Positions 31,225-41,535 of a stretch of DNA of 64,000 nt are shown piece by piece (position 1 is the stretch's first letter; the number at the start of each line of letters is the position of its first letter). The stretch is from an uncultured Verrucomicrobiae bacterium. GTDB lineage: Bacteria; Verrucomicrobiota; Verrucomicrobiia; Limisphaerales; JAFGQR01. A model generated the notes under the pieces. The model searched no databases. It saw only the letters and a list, made by a program, of their open reading frames with translations, and had not been told where the DNA came from. The position numbers and the translations under genes were made by a program. The stretch covers positions 1 to 64,000 of the forward strand of contig CAWBHS010000075.1 in the NCBI GenBank assembly GCA_963788655.1, given 5' to 3'.

Positions 31225-31489
31225 CAGATTCGTGTTCAGGTCCGGAATATGTTCCACGAGCGGCGCTTTGCTCCATTCGCATCTTTTACGGTTGCGGCTC
31301 GGTTTGGCGGAGGTTTCCACCAGCGCCGCGCGCATCAGCAAGCGCCGACGATTATCAATCAAAGCATCAAAGCTGCAATCACCAAAACGCCCATCCGCTG
31401 CGGTCCAGACTTGTGCTTCCAGGGCAAAGGGCGCAACAATCCCTTCAGATCACGATGCAACCAAAAACGCCAGCAGCCTCCCGTTTGCC

Positions 31490-32880
31490 ATGAAACTCCT
31501 TCCACAAATCATCCTGCTATCCCTTGTCGCCGGAATCACAGCCGGCGCCGCCATCAGCGAAAGCAATTTCACCACCTGCTCACTGTTGGGCGGCGCGACT
31601 GATTCTGTGTGCGGCACACGAATTCAATCGGACGGCTCCATCGTGCTGGCGGCCAATGTCTCCACCGGACCCGTGGCCGCTTCGGCGCGTGGCGCCGCTG
31701 CCGGCAGGGGAATGGTCGTTCGCCTCTCGCCCGATGGAACCAAGCTGCTGTCGGCTCGGCGCGTGGCGGACGAGGTGCGGGATCTGGCGCTCGATGCCCA
31801 GGACAACATCTACGTGGCTTGTGGGAACCAGGGCGCCATCAAGCTCGATCCCATCGCCGGGAAGGAGTTATGGAAGCAGTCCACTGAAAGCCTCTGCGTG
31901 CGGCTGGATGCGGCTGCCGACGGCGCTTGCGCCCTGCTGAATTACAGCAAGGATGACGACTCCACTCCCGGGGCCGGAAGGGTATTGGTGCTGGACGCGA
32001 ACGGGCAGCCGCTGGGTTCCTTCAAGGGCCGCCATAACACGATCGACGTGGCCCTGGATGGTCGCTCCCAAACGGTGGTGACGATTGGCTGGCGGCAAGC
32101 CAAGGCGTTCGACGGCCAACGCCAACAACCGGTGCAGATCTCTCATTTGACGGGCCGCAGTTACGATGGCGCCGAGAAGTATCATCTTTACGATTGGTCG
32201 GTAAATCCCGAGGCGCCAGATTTCCTCAATAAGCCGTCCAACAACATGGCGGACACACGCGGTTACCGGTGCGCGATGGGTGCGGACGGCAAGCTTTACA
32301 CGGCTTTCGAGTGCGCCGGTGGCAATCACATCTTTCGTTACGAACCCCGACTGGTGAACGGGGCGTGGGTCGAAGCCAAAGGCAAGAAAGCCAAAGGCGA
32401 CCAGTACCATGCCTTCTACAACAGTCGGGCGGAGCACAAGACGTTCGTGGCGCAATTCGATCCGGCCACCGGCGAATATCTGCGCGGACAGGAATTTACC
32501 GGGCGGCTCTCCAGTGGTCGGGCGAACGCGGTGCGGGTGAAGAACGGCACGATTGCTGCCGGAGCGGATGGCAGTGTATTCGTCGGTGGTACTGCCGCTT
32601 CCGGATTGCCCGTTTCATTTACCCCGCCGGGCACCGGGGATTATACCGGTGGCGGATTTCTGCTGGGATTGAATCCCGCTTGGACACCCGCCGGTTCTGC
32701 GTTCGTCTGCAATCAGGCGCGGTGACCCACACGGTGGATGTGCGCCAGGTTGACGGAAGGACCGTGGTCGTCTGCGGCGGTTCCACCAGCACGAAGCCCG
32801 AATCATTCTGGACCCAAAATGCCATTCAATCCGAGGCCCCACCGAATAGTGGATTCTTTGCGGTGTTTACGATGGAATGA
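31490..32880 (+). CDS. Secreted beta-propeller hypothetical protein; frameshift near 32675
   Basis: MKLLPQIILLSLVAGITAGA signal peptide; VVRLSPDGTKLL, DLALDAQDNIYV, MGADGKLY, AGADGSVFVGG repeats; C-terminus from ORF 32269..32880 whose stop overlaps the next ATG. Confidence 0.72.
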
Positions 32881-34667
32881 GTGTGATGATGCAATCGAAG
32901 ATACCATCTTGGTGGCGACGATGTGGCACCCGCGCGGCTTCGGCCCTTCTGTTTTTGTGCGCTTTCGGCGTCGCCGCCGCCAACCCGCCGTTACAACTGC
33001 GCACCGCCAGCTACTGGGGTACCAGCGAGGATGACGACATCCAGGGAGGCGCGGTGGCGGCGGATGGAACCGTGTATCTGGTCGGCAACACCGGGAGCGC
33101 CATGTCGCACCTGCTCCATGATGTTTCCGCAAAGTCTTTCGGCCAATCGGTCACCGAACCCCGGTGTGGGCGCGCTTTCGTCGCCCACTTCAACGCCGCA
33201 TTGAGCCGGTTGCTGGAGTATGCCGAACTGGCGGAGGGCGTGGCCATCTTCACGTCGGTACAGGTCAATCAGAACGGTGTCTATGTGAGCGGCTATGCCA
33301 GCGAAGGACTGGAACCGCTGCTGAAAGGCAAACCTTCGTTAATGCCAACCTATCCGCTCGCAACGGAAGCGCGTTTGATCAAGGAAGACGGGATGCTGGA
33401 AGCGAATGGCTTGAAAGACAAGGATCCGATCGCCGGTCGGCCGGGGCTGGGCCGGCTTGGTGCGCCATGCGTGCTTCGGTTTACGTCGGACTTGCAGTCG
33501 TTGACCGCGGGCACCTACCTCGAAGGTTGGCAACAGGTCTGGGACAAGCACCGCGTCAAGACCATCCGCCCACGGGAGATGTTTCCTACCGAATATTTCT
33601 GGCAACCCACGTCCCTGGCACTGTTCCAATCCGGCGACCTCGCCGTGGGCCACGATGGGGGTTACTTTCGAATGTTGACGGACCGCGATCACCAGCTTGC
33701 GGGCACGAACGCTGCCTTGTTGGGCAAGCTGGCGTTCTACGATTGTTGCGATTGGGTAAGCCGCCTGTCACCGGACCTTGCGAAGCGTGTCTGGCGGCAG
33801 CCAGTGTTTACGCCACCGGTCAACGCCGAGGCAGCCCAACGCCTCCGCGCCTGGCCATTGCCGCATTATAGCAGTCCCCGAACGCATCGAATGCGGCTCG
33901 ATCAGGATGAGAACATTTACCTCTGCGGCTGGTCGGCAACTTATACCGCAAAGGAACCGTGGTGGTCGCCCTACCTTTGGAAGCTGGATCCGGCGACCGG
34001 CAAGCGACTGAGAACCTTCTACGAATACGACCCGCTGTCCGGCGCGGACAATCGCATGAACGGTACGGTTGCCGATACTGCCATTTCCACAGCGACTTTT
34101 GATGGCGCGGGCAACCTCCTGGTGGGCTTGTTCGCCGATGGCGGCAATACCGTGATGGGCTGGAGCCCGCAGGCGCAACTCGGCCAGCGTTTCGAGGGGC
34201 CAATCAAAAACAATGTCGGCGTGAAGCTGGTGCATTGGTGGGGAATGGTGCATCGCGTCAACGCTCAAACCGGCGAAGGCCTGGGCGGCGTGCGATTGGC
34301 CAGCCGCGGCCCCGGCGCGGCCGGACCCGCGTGGGTGGTGGATCTGGCGTCGTTACCCGGCCACCAGGTGCTCGCGCTCGGTCGTTGCAATCTGGATTTT
34401 CCGTGGAGCACCAATGCCTGGAACCGCGCGACTGTGGACGATAATCCCGTCGCGTTCCTGCGTGTTTACAGCCACGAGTTTGATCTGTTGTTCAGCACGG
34501 CACTGCCGGGTGTCGTGCCATTTGAAATCGTGCCGCTGCCGGACAATCGCTTTCTCATTACCGGCCAGGCGAAGCAGCCGACCGCGCCCGTGAAGGACGC
34601 GCTGGTCGGCGAACCGCGCGGCAAGGCGGATGGGTTCTTCTGTGTGGTCCAATGGACGGCTCCATGA
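32877..34667 (+). CDS. Secreted beta-propeller (SBBP-like) hypothetical protein
   Basis: Signal peptide ...ASALLFLCAFGVAAA; SYWGTSEDDDIQGGAVAADGTVYLVGNT, LDQDENIYLCG, FDGAGNLLV repeats. Confidence 0.75.
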   Translation: MSVMMQSKIPSWWRRCGTRAASALLFLCAFGVAAANPPLQLRTASYWGTSEDDDIQGGAVAADGTVYLVGNTGSAMSHLLHDVSAKSFGQSVTEPRCGRAFVAHFNAALSRLLEYAELAEGVAIFTSVQVNQNGVYVSGYASEGLEPLLKGKPSLMPTYPLATEARLIKEDGMLEANGLKDKDPIAGRPGLGRLGAPCVLRFTSDLQSLTAGTYLEGWQQVWDKHRVKTIRPREMFPTEYFWQPTSLALFQSGDLAVGHDGGYFRMLTDRDHQLAGTNAALLGKLAFYDCCDWVSRLSPDLAKRVWRQPVFTPPVNAEAAQRLRAWPLPHYSSPRTHRMRLDQDENIYLCGWSATYTAKEPWWSPYLWKLDPATGKRLRTFYEYDPLSGADNRMNGTVADTAISTATFDGAGNLLVGLFADGGNTVMGWSPQAQLGQRFEGPIKNNVGVKLVHWWGMVHRVNAQTGEGLGGVRLASRGPGAAGPAWVVDLASLPGHQVLALGRCNLDFPWSTNAWNRATVDDNPVAFLRVYSHEFDLLFSTALPGVVPFEIVPLPDNRFLITGQAKQPTAPVKDALVGEPRGKADGFFCVVQWTAP

Positions 34668-37660
34668 GCAATTTCGCAATGATGACCAGGCGTATTTCCG
34701 CGCCCTCCCGGAGGCGATCCGTAGAGCGCGCCTCAGAGCCGCAACCATCCGGGAGCGCCACGGTCCCGCATCGCTTACTGATGCGCGCGGCTCTGTTTGC
34801 ACTCACCAGCTTCGCTTGCTGTTTGCTCCACGCGGAAACCGTCCACTGGACGCTCACGAATCACGCCGGCGATTACTCGAATGAACTCGTTCGACTGAAA
34901 ATAGCCCTCCAAACGCCGTTTGATGCCACGCGCCTGGTAGTGACCGAGAACGGTCAAGAAATCCCGGCTCAGGTCGAAGTGCATCAGGGTCGATTGAACG
35001 GGGTGGAAGCCGGCGACCTCTGGGTATGCACGACGATTGCCAGCAAGGCTTCCCACGGATACACCGTCACCACCGGAGGAACGCCAAGGCAGTTTCAGCC
35101 GCGCGTGAAAGTCTCTCGCGACGGCGATTCGCTGGTACTCGACAACGGTCTGGTTGCTGTGCGGTTGCCCGATGGTTCCACGGTGGGCAATTCGGGAAGC
35201 GTCGGCCCTATCCTGGCCATGCGTGCGACCGGCGGTCCCTGGCTGGGTGCCAGTTCATGGGACACTCCGCTTGCCCTGACCGGCCTCACCACCACCGTGA
35301 TAGGCGAGGGCAAATTGTTCGGCCGAGTCAAGCTGCGCTTCGAGTTCGCTGCGCCGGCGACACCGTTCTTACCGGACGACACCGCTCGTCTGGCGCGCCG
35401 GCTTACGTTGGCGCGCCACGGCGCTTCGACCGGATTCACACCCGCCACCAATTACTACGCCGAGTTCATTATCACGCTGGCGCCGGACCAACCGCTCGTC
35501 ACCCTCGAGGAAAACCACTCGATGGTTGAAGGCGATTCGTGGCGCTTCGACTTGGCGCCCGGATGGCAGCCGCGACGGGCGTTCTCGTCCCGAAGCCGCG
35601 CGGTGCCCACCGAACGCGAGCTCAAACCGGATGCCGGGTTGCACGACCACGCCACCTTGATGTTCCTCCAGCCGCGGTGGACCCAAAGCACGAACTGCGG
35701 CTGGTTCTTCGCCGCGGCCGATAACGCCGCGATGTTGGGTGCAGTCGCGATGCGGGCCGGCCGGTGGGATTGGCCTTACGATAACCCGATCATCGTGCAA
35801 GCGAGTCAGGACAGCGACGGCGCCACGCTGGTCTATCCGACGTGGAAAGGACGCCGGTTCAGTTACCTGCTCGCCGGACCGGTCGGTTTGATCGAGAAAA
35901 CCCCTGCGCTCATTCGGCAGGTGGCCATGCAACCGCTCGACAAACTGGTCAATGAATACACGCTCGACTGGCCGGGACTGGCGCCGGGAGGATTCCAGGG
36001 CCTGTTCTGGTGGGACGGCAACAATATCAATCCCAGCAGCATGATTCGCGGCCTCGGTCGGCGACTCATGAAGAAATATGCCCCCGGCAGCGAACAAGCC
36101 GACCGCACGTTGCTGGGGCAATTCCAAGTCTATCTCGATCCGGACTGCTACGGCTACTACTGGAACCACTTTTCTCCGATCAACCCCAATTTCTCGACCG
36201 ACTTGCTCAAAGTGCCCATCGCGATGTGCGCCGGGTTGAAGGGGCATCCTGACTTTCCGCGCTTCCGCCAAATGGCCGAGGACGCCTTGCGCATGGACCT
36301 GGATCATGCCGTCACCTTGCCCGGCGGCGCCGGCCAGGAATGCGCCGGCTATCTGGCCCACGCACTGGGAGGTTGGCTGGACTTGGCCGAGCTGTGCCGC
36401 ACACAACTGGATTTCGATCCGCGCCAATCGCCCCGGCTGAAAGCGGCCGCGAGTTTTCTGTTGCACACCTCACCGCCGTTGAACGATGGGCAACGGCGTA
36501 TTCTCCCCACCGGTGACACCCACCCGCCCGGACCGGATGTCTTCGCCCTGGCGGAGCGTGCCGGGGTGCGGGAAGAGGTCGCGGATTTCAGAACCGAAGA
36601 ATTGCCGGGATTCGGCGTGGTTTTTCGCTCCCACAGCGGCCGGCCAAACGAAAACTTTCTGGCCTTCAAGGCGGGACCGAATCGCGGCCATTATCACGGC
36701 GACCAACTCTCGTTTCACTATTGCGGGAACGGTCAGCGACTCGCCATCGACCACATGTGCTCGTATTCGCCCCGCGCCGATCAGGAACACATGCACAATC
36801 GCGTGGCGTTTTACACGGACGACTGGCCGTTCGCCAACATGGACGGCTACGAGCGGCTGATCGGCTTTCAAACGTCAGCCGACGTGGACGTGGCTCAGGG
36901 ATTGGTAACCAGTTGGCGTCTGCGCCAACAACCGCGCATCCCGCAGGAGGTCACGTGGAATTCGCGCGGTCCCTATCAGTTGCTGGACCAGGAACTGCAA
37001 TACCAGCGGACCATTGTCCTTGTAAAGCATCCGCATCCAAGCGGCCAAACCCCGGATCTGCTGGACTATTTTGTCATTCGCGACCAGGCGACCGGGCCGA
37101 TGCTCAACGCGGCTTATTGTCTGCACGTCGAAAGCAACGAATGTCGGCAGGACGGACCGCGTTTTGACTTTGGCACCATGACCCTTTTCTGCGCCGCACC
37201 GCGTGAGTTTAAGGTGGAGCGCTTTGACTGGAGTTTCCAAAAAAAGGGCCGGGGCGGTGATGCAGGCTACGGTGAAAGCACCGTGGGCGTGCGGCTTCTG
37301 ACTACCGGCGCCGAGCATGAGTTTATTACGGTGCTTTACCCTGCAAGTGACGCACCCGACATGGAGTCTATTCTTGGTGGGGTTCGCGTGACGCTTGCGG
37401 ACGGCACCAGCGAGGAAGTTGCCTTCCGCACTCCCGGCTCGGACGAGCCGGCCGATGCCGCGTATGTCGTGCTGAAACGTGGCGGTCGCGAACTGGTCGC
37501 ACTCTCCGCCCGGAACCTGAATTCTCTCCGGTCTCAAGGTGACGTGGGCCTGTGCCTTCCCGAGTGTGGCTATGACTTTGGTCCAGTTCCGGATTGGCTC
37601 ATCCGGCAACGGGATCACCACCCGGCGCCAATTCACCTGCAGCAACTCCAGCCACGATGA
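34664..37660 (+). CDS. Large secreted heparinase II/III-like (lyase-fold) hypothetical protein
   Basis: ~1000-aa frame; GAGQECAGY, PTGDTHP, FLAFKAGPNRGHYHGDQLSFHY...HMHNRV resemble heparinase II/III motifs; ATG 34664 overlaps the upstream stop (alternative start 34781). Confidence 0.65.
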   Translation: MSNFAMMTRRISAPSRRRSVERASEPQPSGSATVPHRLLMRAALFALTSFACCLLHAETVHWTLTNHAGDYSNELVRLKIALQTPFDATRLVVTENGQEIPAQVEVHQGRLNGVEAGDLWVCTTIASKASHGYTVTTGGTPRQFQPRVKVSRDGDSLVLDNGLVAVRLPDGSTVGNSGSVGPILAMRATGGPWLGASSWDTPLALTGLTTTVIGEGKLFGRVKLRFEFAAPATPFLPDDTARLARRLTLARHGASTGFTPATNYYAEFIITLAPDQPLVTLEENHSMVEGDSWRFDLAPGWQPRRAFSSRSRAVPTERELKPDAGLHDHATLMFLQPRWTQSTNCGWFFAAADNAAMLGAVAMRAGRWDWPYDNPIIVQASQDSDGATLVYPTWKGRRFSYLLAGPVGLIEKTPALIRQVAMQPLDKLVNEYTLDWPGLAPGGFQGLFWWDGNNINPSSMIRGLGRRLMKKYAPGSEQADRTLLGQFQVYLDPDCYGYYWNHFSPINPNFSTDLLKVPIAMCAGLKGHPDFPRFRQMAEDALRMDLDHAVTLPGGAGQECAGYLAHALGGWLDLAELCRTQLDFDPRQSPRLKAAASFLLHTSPPLNDGQRRILPTGDTHPPGPDVFALAERAGVREEVADFRTEELPGFGVVFRSHSGRPNENFLAFKAGPNRGHYHGDQLSFHYCGNGQRLAIDHMCSYSPRADQEHMHNRVAFYTDDWPFANMDGYERLIGFQTSADVDVAQGLVTSWRLRQQPRIPQEVTWNSRGPYQLLDQELQYQRTIVLVKHPHPSGQTPDLLDYFVIRDQATGPMLNAAYCLHVESNECRQDGPRFDFGTMTLFCAAPREFKVERFDWSFQKKGRGGDAGYGESTVGVRLLTTGAEHEFITVLYPASDAPDMESILGGVRVTLADGTSEEVAFRTPGSDEPADAAYVVLKRGGRELVALSARNLNSLRSQGDVGLCLPECGYDFGPVPDWLIRQRDHHPAPIHLQQLQPR
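34734..34795. repeat. REP-like palindrome (third family) in the 5' end of the heparinase-like ORF
   Basis: CAGAGCCGCAACCATCCGGGAGCG ... CGCTTACTGATGCGCGCGGCTCTG; same family as 42511-42580. Confidence 0.65.
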
Positions 37661-37664
37661 TTCT

Positions 37665-40307
37665 ATGAATCCAACCCTCCTTCGTTTTATCACGGTTACC
37701 GTGGCAATGGGTCTCCCATTATTCGATGTATCCTCCGCCCCGGCTGCCGAATCGGTTCCCGATCCCGGAGATCCGGCGAATGGCACCTGGCGCGTCTGTC
37801 TCGACGGTTTCTTCCCGCCCTCTGGAAAGCCGAACGCTCCGGCCCGCCGCCCGCTGCCCATCTATGTGATCAGCCGCGAAGGGAATTTCCTCTATGGCCT
37901 GGGCAGCGCGCCGAATTGGAACCAGACGACGTATCCTTCGGACGTCTCCGCGCTGCACTACGACCCGTCCAGTGGCAGACTTTCCGGAATGATCCGGGTG
38001 AAGCTGAATCCCGATCCGTGGATTCCCGAGGACCACCAGCCAATCAACGGCACGGTGGACGTGATGGCGACGCTCGACCAGGCGAACCCGACCAATACAA
38101 CGGCACTGCAAGGCACGTATCGCGGCACGTTCGGCAAGGAAGCCGTTGAAGGCAGGGTGAGCGGTTATGTCGATACTCAAACGCTGGTGGACCTCGCTCA
38201 ATGCCAACTCGTCCTCAGTCTCAACCACCTGCTGTCAGGAGGGCGTGAGCCGTATCATAACCGCCTCGCGGCGCGCTTTGAGGTTGCCGAAGGCCAAGCC
38301 GTCGGCGCCGAGTTCGGAATGATGGGCCTGAACAGCCGGCCTTACGACTTTCGAACCTTCGAGAAATTTCACCTCACGACCACCCGCGATGGGTTCGCCG
38401 GCGAATTCACCATCCCGTACGAAGTGCTGGGAGCCGTGGGCGATGCTTCGGCGGAATACACCGTCTCGATTGAGGGCAAGCGCATCAACAACCTTGGTGG
38501 CGGCGAGTTCACGGTCAAGGTGGCGCACGCCGGCAAGGCCTCAATTCACCACGGCAATTTCAAAGGGAGCATCCTTCCGGCAACTCGACGCGAGGTGAGC
38601 ATCTGGGAGAAGGAGCTAAAGTCCGACAAACCATGGTTTGTTCCGGTGAAGGAATACATAGCCCTGCAACCCGGAGAACACCCGCGCCTCTTTTTCCGAA
38701 AGAGTGATTTGCCGAAAATCAAGCGCCGCGCCGCCACGCCGGAAGGCCGGCAGTTAGTGTCCCGCCTGAAGGCCACTCTGGGCGGCGGCGAGGCAATGCC
38801 CGCCATTCTCAGCCAAGCCACCAAAGCCTACGATGACTCGGTGAAGGGCCGCTTACCGGAGGGCGCTTACACGGTGTCGCATGCGGCGGGCTTCGGCATG
38901 TTGTATCAAATCACCGGCGACCGAAAATACGCCGAACTGGGACGGCAGTGTTTCGAACTTGCCTGCGCCGGTCAGCGGGACCGCGACGACCGCTACAGCT
39001 TCCGCGCCCCCGGGGGACAACTCCGCGCTGGTCCGACGCTCGGCATGTATGCGCTGGGTTACGATCTTTGCTACGACGGTTGGCCCGAAGATTACCGTCG
39101 CCAAGTCGCCCTGGAGTTGCAGAACTGGAGCGACGACCAATCGGGCGAATGGGGGAAAGCGGAGGGCAACACACTCAAGTCCATCTGCCTCACTCCGCAC
39201 CAGATGCCAGCCTGCAATCACTGGGGCTCCCAACTGGGCGCCGGCCTAACCGTGCTGGCGTTGCTGGGGGATCCGGGCACGGACGACCTCTTGTTGCGCC
39301 GTTGCCTGGCGGCAATCGAACGAAACATGGTTCGCGGAGTCACGTCCGGGTTTGGCGATGGCGGCTTTTACAGCGAGGGACCCGGTCCGGCGCACATGAT
39401 GGCCAATCCCGGATTCGTGCCGTTGGTGCAGGCGTTCAAGGTGGCGCTGGGAAAAGACTGCATCACGCCGCGGCCGAACTTCGCCTGGATGACGCTGCAC
39501 TGGATCATGGAAGTGCTGCCGGACTCGAAAGGGCAGCCCATTTATCCCTGCCGCAAGCCGAGCAGCTACGGCAACGAACGTATGCTCGATGGCAATGGCG
39601 GCTTCAGCCACGGCGGCTGGTTCAGCCAGGGCTTTGGGACAATTCCGGACGAGACCCAACCGGCTTTGCTTTGGCTTTACAACCACTTCGCTGCGGCCGC
39701 AGACCAGCAGCGTTGCGATACGTTGAACTACCCCCATCGGGCCATTTTCGCTCTCCTGAACTGGCCGATGGGCGTGGCAGAGAAAAATCCCGCCGAGGTT
39801 CTGGGCCACACGAGCGTGGACCGTATCCATGGCTGGTACGTGTTTCGCAACCGCTGGCAGGACGCCGATGATGTCGTGGTGAGTTTATGGCTGGGCAGTG
39901 GTCCGCAAGGCAATATCAGCACCGGTGGTCCCGACCTGCTGGTGTGGGGGATGGGTGAGCGGATTCGGTTGGCCGGTCTGCCGCGGTGCCAAACGACCTA
40001 TTATCGCGCCGAGCCGGACGGCAGCGGGGTGGTAAGCGGGGGCGGTTACAGCATCGCGGTTGATTTCAGCGGCCACTGCGGCGCCCCCGTGCTGGTAGCG
40101 GTGGCGAGCGAGGACGATCTGGGCAAGTTCAACCTGAGGGCGGACAGCGGCATTGCGTCGGTCAACGAGGTCAAAGCAGGAAAGGCAAATTTCCGCATCT
40201 TGACGATGGGCCGCAAATCACCGCCGGAACTCAGAGCCAGTGGAAGTCAGGTCGTGATCGGCGCCCGAAGGCTCTCGTTCGATGGCGCGAAGGTCGTGGT
40301 GGAGTAG
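37665..40307 (+). CDS. Large secreted hypothetical protein with probable alpha/alpha-toroid (lyase-like) core
   Basis: Signal-like N-terminus; PGEHPRLFF, LYQITGDRKYA, ALGYDLCYD, CNHW, GDGGFYSEG, GWYVFRNRWQD motifs typical of DUF4962/heparinase-like folds. Confidence 0.65.
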   Translation: MNPTLLRFITVTVAMGLPLFDVSSAPAAESVPDPGDPANGTWRVCLDGFFPPSGKPNAPARRPLPIYVISREGNFLYGLGSAPNWNQTTYPSDVSALHYDPSSGRLSGMIRVKLNPDPWIPEDHQPINGTVDVMATLDQANPTNTTALQGTYRGTFGKEAVEGRVSGYVDTQTLVDLAQCQLVLSLNHLLSGGREPYHNRLAARFEVAEGQAVGAEFGMMGLNSRPYDFRTFEKFHLTTTRDGFAGEFTIPYEVLGAVGDASAEYTVSIEGKRINNLGGGEFTVKVAHAGKASIHHGNFKGSILPATRREVSIWEKELKSDKPWFVPVKEYIALQPGEHPRLFFRKSDLPKIKRRAATPEGRQLVSRLKATLGGGEAMPAILSQATKAYDDSVKGRLPEGAYTVSHAAGFGMLYQITGDRKYAELGRQCFELACAGQRDRDDRYSFRAPGGQLRAGPTLGMYALGYDLCYDGWPEDYRRQVALELQNWSDDQSGEWGKAEGNTLKSICLTPHQMPACNHWGSQLGAGLTVLALLGDPGTDDLLLRRCLAAIERNMVRGVTSGFGDGGFYSEGPGPAHMMANPGFVPLVQAFKVALGKDCITPRPNFAWMTLHWIMEVLPDSKGQPIYPCRKPSSYGNERMLDGNGGFSHGGWFSQGFGTIPDETQPALLWLYNHFAAAADQQRCDTLNYPHRAIFALLNWPMGVAEKNPAEVLGHTSVDRIHGWYVFRNRWQDADDVVVSLWLGSGPQGNISTGGPDLLVWGMGERIRLAGLPRCQTTYYRAEPDGSGVVSGGGYSIAVDFSGHCGAPVLVAVASEDDLGKFNLRADSGIASVNEVKAGKANFRILTMGRKSPPELRASGSQVVIGARRLSFDGAKVVVE

Positions 40308-40323
40308 CCTGTCCAACCGAACC

Positions 40324-41535
40324 ATGATCACTGCTCGTAGAAGTCTCTTTTTGCTGGCTGCGGTGGTGCTTCTGACTCCGGCCTCTCACGCCGCCGAAGA
40401 CCTCGTGCTTTCAAACAAGTTCGACGAGGTCACCGCGGCGATCTTCATTCCCGGCGACGTGCCCGTCCTGCGTGGGCTTTATGTTCATGCGGCCAATTAC
40501 ACGCTCAAGCCGGACGACCGCTGGGCCGAGGCAGGCCGCGCGATAAGTTTCGGCCATCTCGCGCTCGACATCGACCGCCGACTCAATAACCGCCCCCAGA
40601 AACTCCGTCAGGCGCTCGACCTCGCACTGCCGGCATTCGCCGCACAGAGCGGACACCGAGAGTTGCCCAATCTCGCACTGGCTGGTACTGGCCATTCCGC
40701 CGGTGGATGGGTGACGCAGATCCTGCTCAAAACGCCCGAGCGCGCCATTGCCACCGCCATCGATTGCGCGTGGGTGGTCGATCCTGCCAAGCTCAATCCC
40801 GCCGACAAGTCCGTACCGATGCTCTTCACGCTGGGAGCCATCCCCGACGCTTTCAACATGCTGCCCGACGTCGAAAAACACTTTCTCCCCGCTCGGCAAC
40901 AGGGCTATTTGTGGGGCCTCGGACTCCAATGGGGTTGCGCCCACGACTTTGGTAACGCCGCCGCGCTCATGCTGCCGTGGCTCAACAACGTCATCGCCGC
41001 GCGACTGCCCGCCGACGCTTCTGCCCTCGACGCGGCGGTCAATCTGCGCGACCTGAGACTTGAAGACGGCTGGCTTGGGGACTTGCGCACCATCTCCAAC
41101 ACCTGGGCGGCGATCGCTCCTTGGGCGGAATTCGCTGGCGACCGCTCAAAAGCCGCGTGGTTTCCCAATCGCGCCGTGGCATTCATCTGGCGGGCGTGGC
41201 AGACGAAAAATTCCCCGGTGGCAATTCAGGCGCGGGTAGATGGTTCAGCGCAACTCCCGCCTTGGAATCCCAAGGCGACGCGTGACCTGATGGTAAATCC
41301 AGGTGTGGCCATTCAGCTCGCAGCGACGGTGCGGGACGGACTTGAGATGCAGTCCATTCAGTTCTTTGACGGGGACCGGTTGATTGGTGAATCGGCGTCC
41401 GCTCCGTGGCTGGTCATGTGGCACCAACCCACACCAGGTGCTCATGCCCTCCACGCCGTATGGACCGCCCGTGAAAAACAGCAAGGGGCAGTGAATCCTG
41501 CCCTGGTGATCGTGCGATCGAAAGCAAAGCAGTGA
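40324..41535 (+). CDS. Secreted alpha/beta-hydrolase with C-terminal bacterial Ig-like domain
   Basis: Signal peptide; nucleophile elbow GTGHSAGG; candidate His in GCAHDF; C-terminal IQFFDGDRLIGES..APW...GAHALHA. Confidence 0.72.
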   Translation: MITARRSLFLLAAVVLLTPASHAAEDLVLSNKFDEVTAAIFIPGDVPVLRGLYVHAANYTLKPDDRWAEAGRAISFGHLALDIDRRLNNRPQKLRQALDLALPAFAAQSGHRELPNLALAGTGHSAGGWVTQILLKTPERAIATAIDCAWVVDPAKLNPADKSVPMLFTLGAIPDAFNMLPDVEKHFLPARQQGYLWGLGLQWGCAHDFGNAAALMLPWLNNVIAARLPADASALDAAVNLRDLRLEDGWLGDLRTISNTWAAIAPWAEFAGDRSKAAWFPNRAVAFIWRAWQTKNSPVAIQARVDGSAQLPPWNPKATRDLMVNPGVAIQLAATVRDGLEMQSIQFFDGDRLIGESASAPWLVMWHQPTPGAHALHAVWTAREKQQGAVNPALVIVRSKAKQ

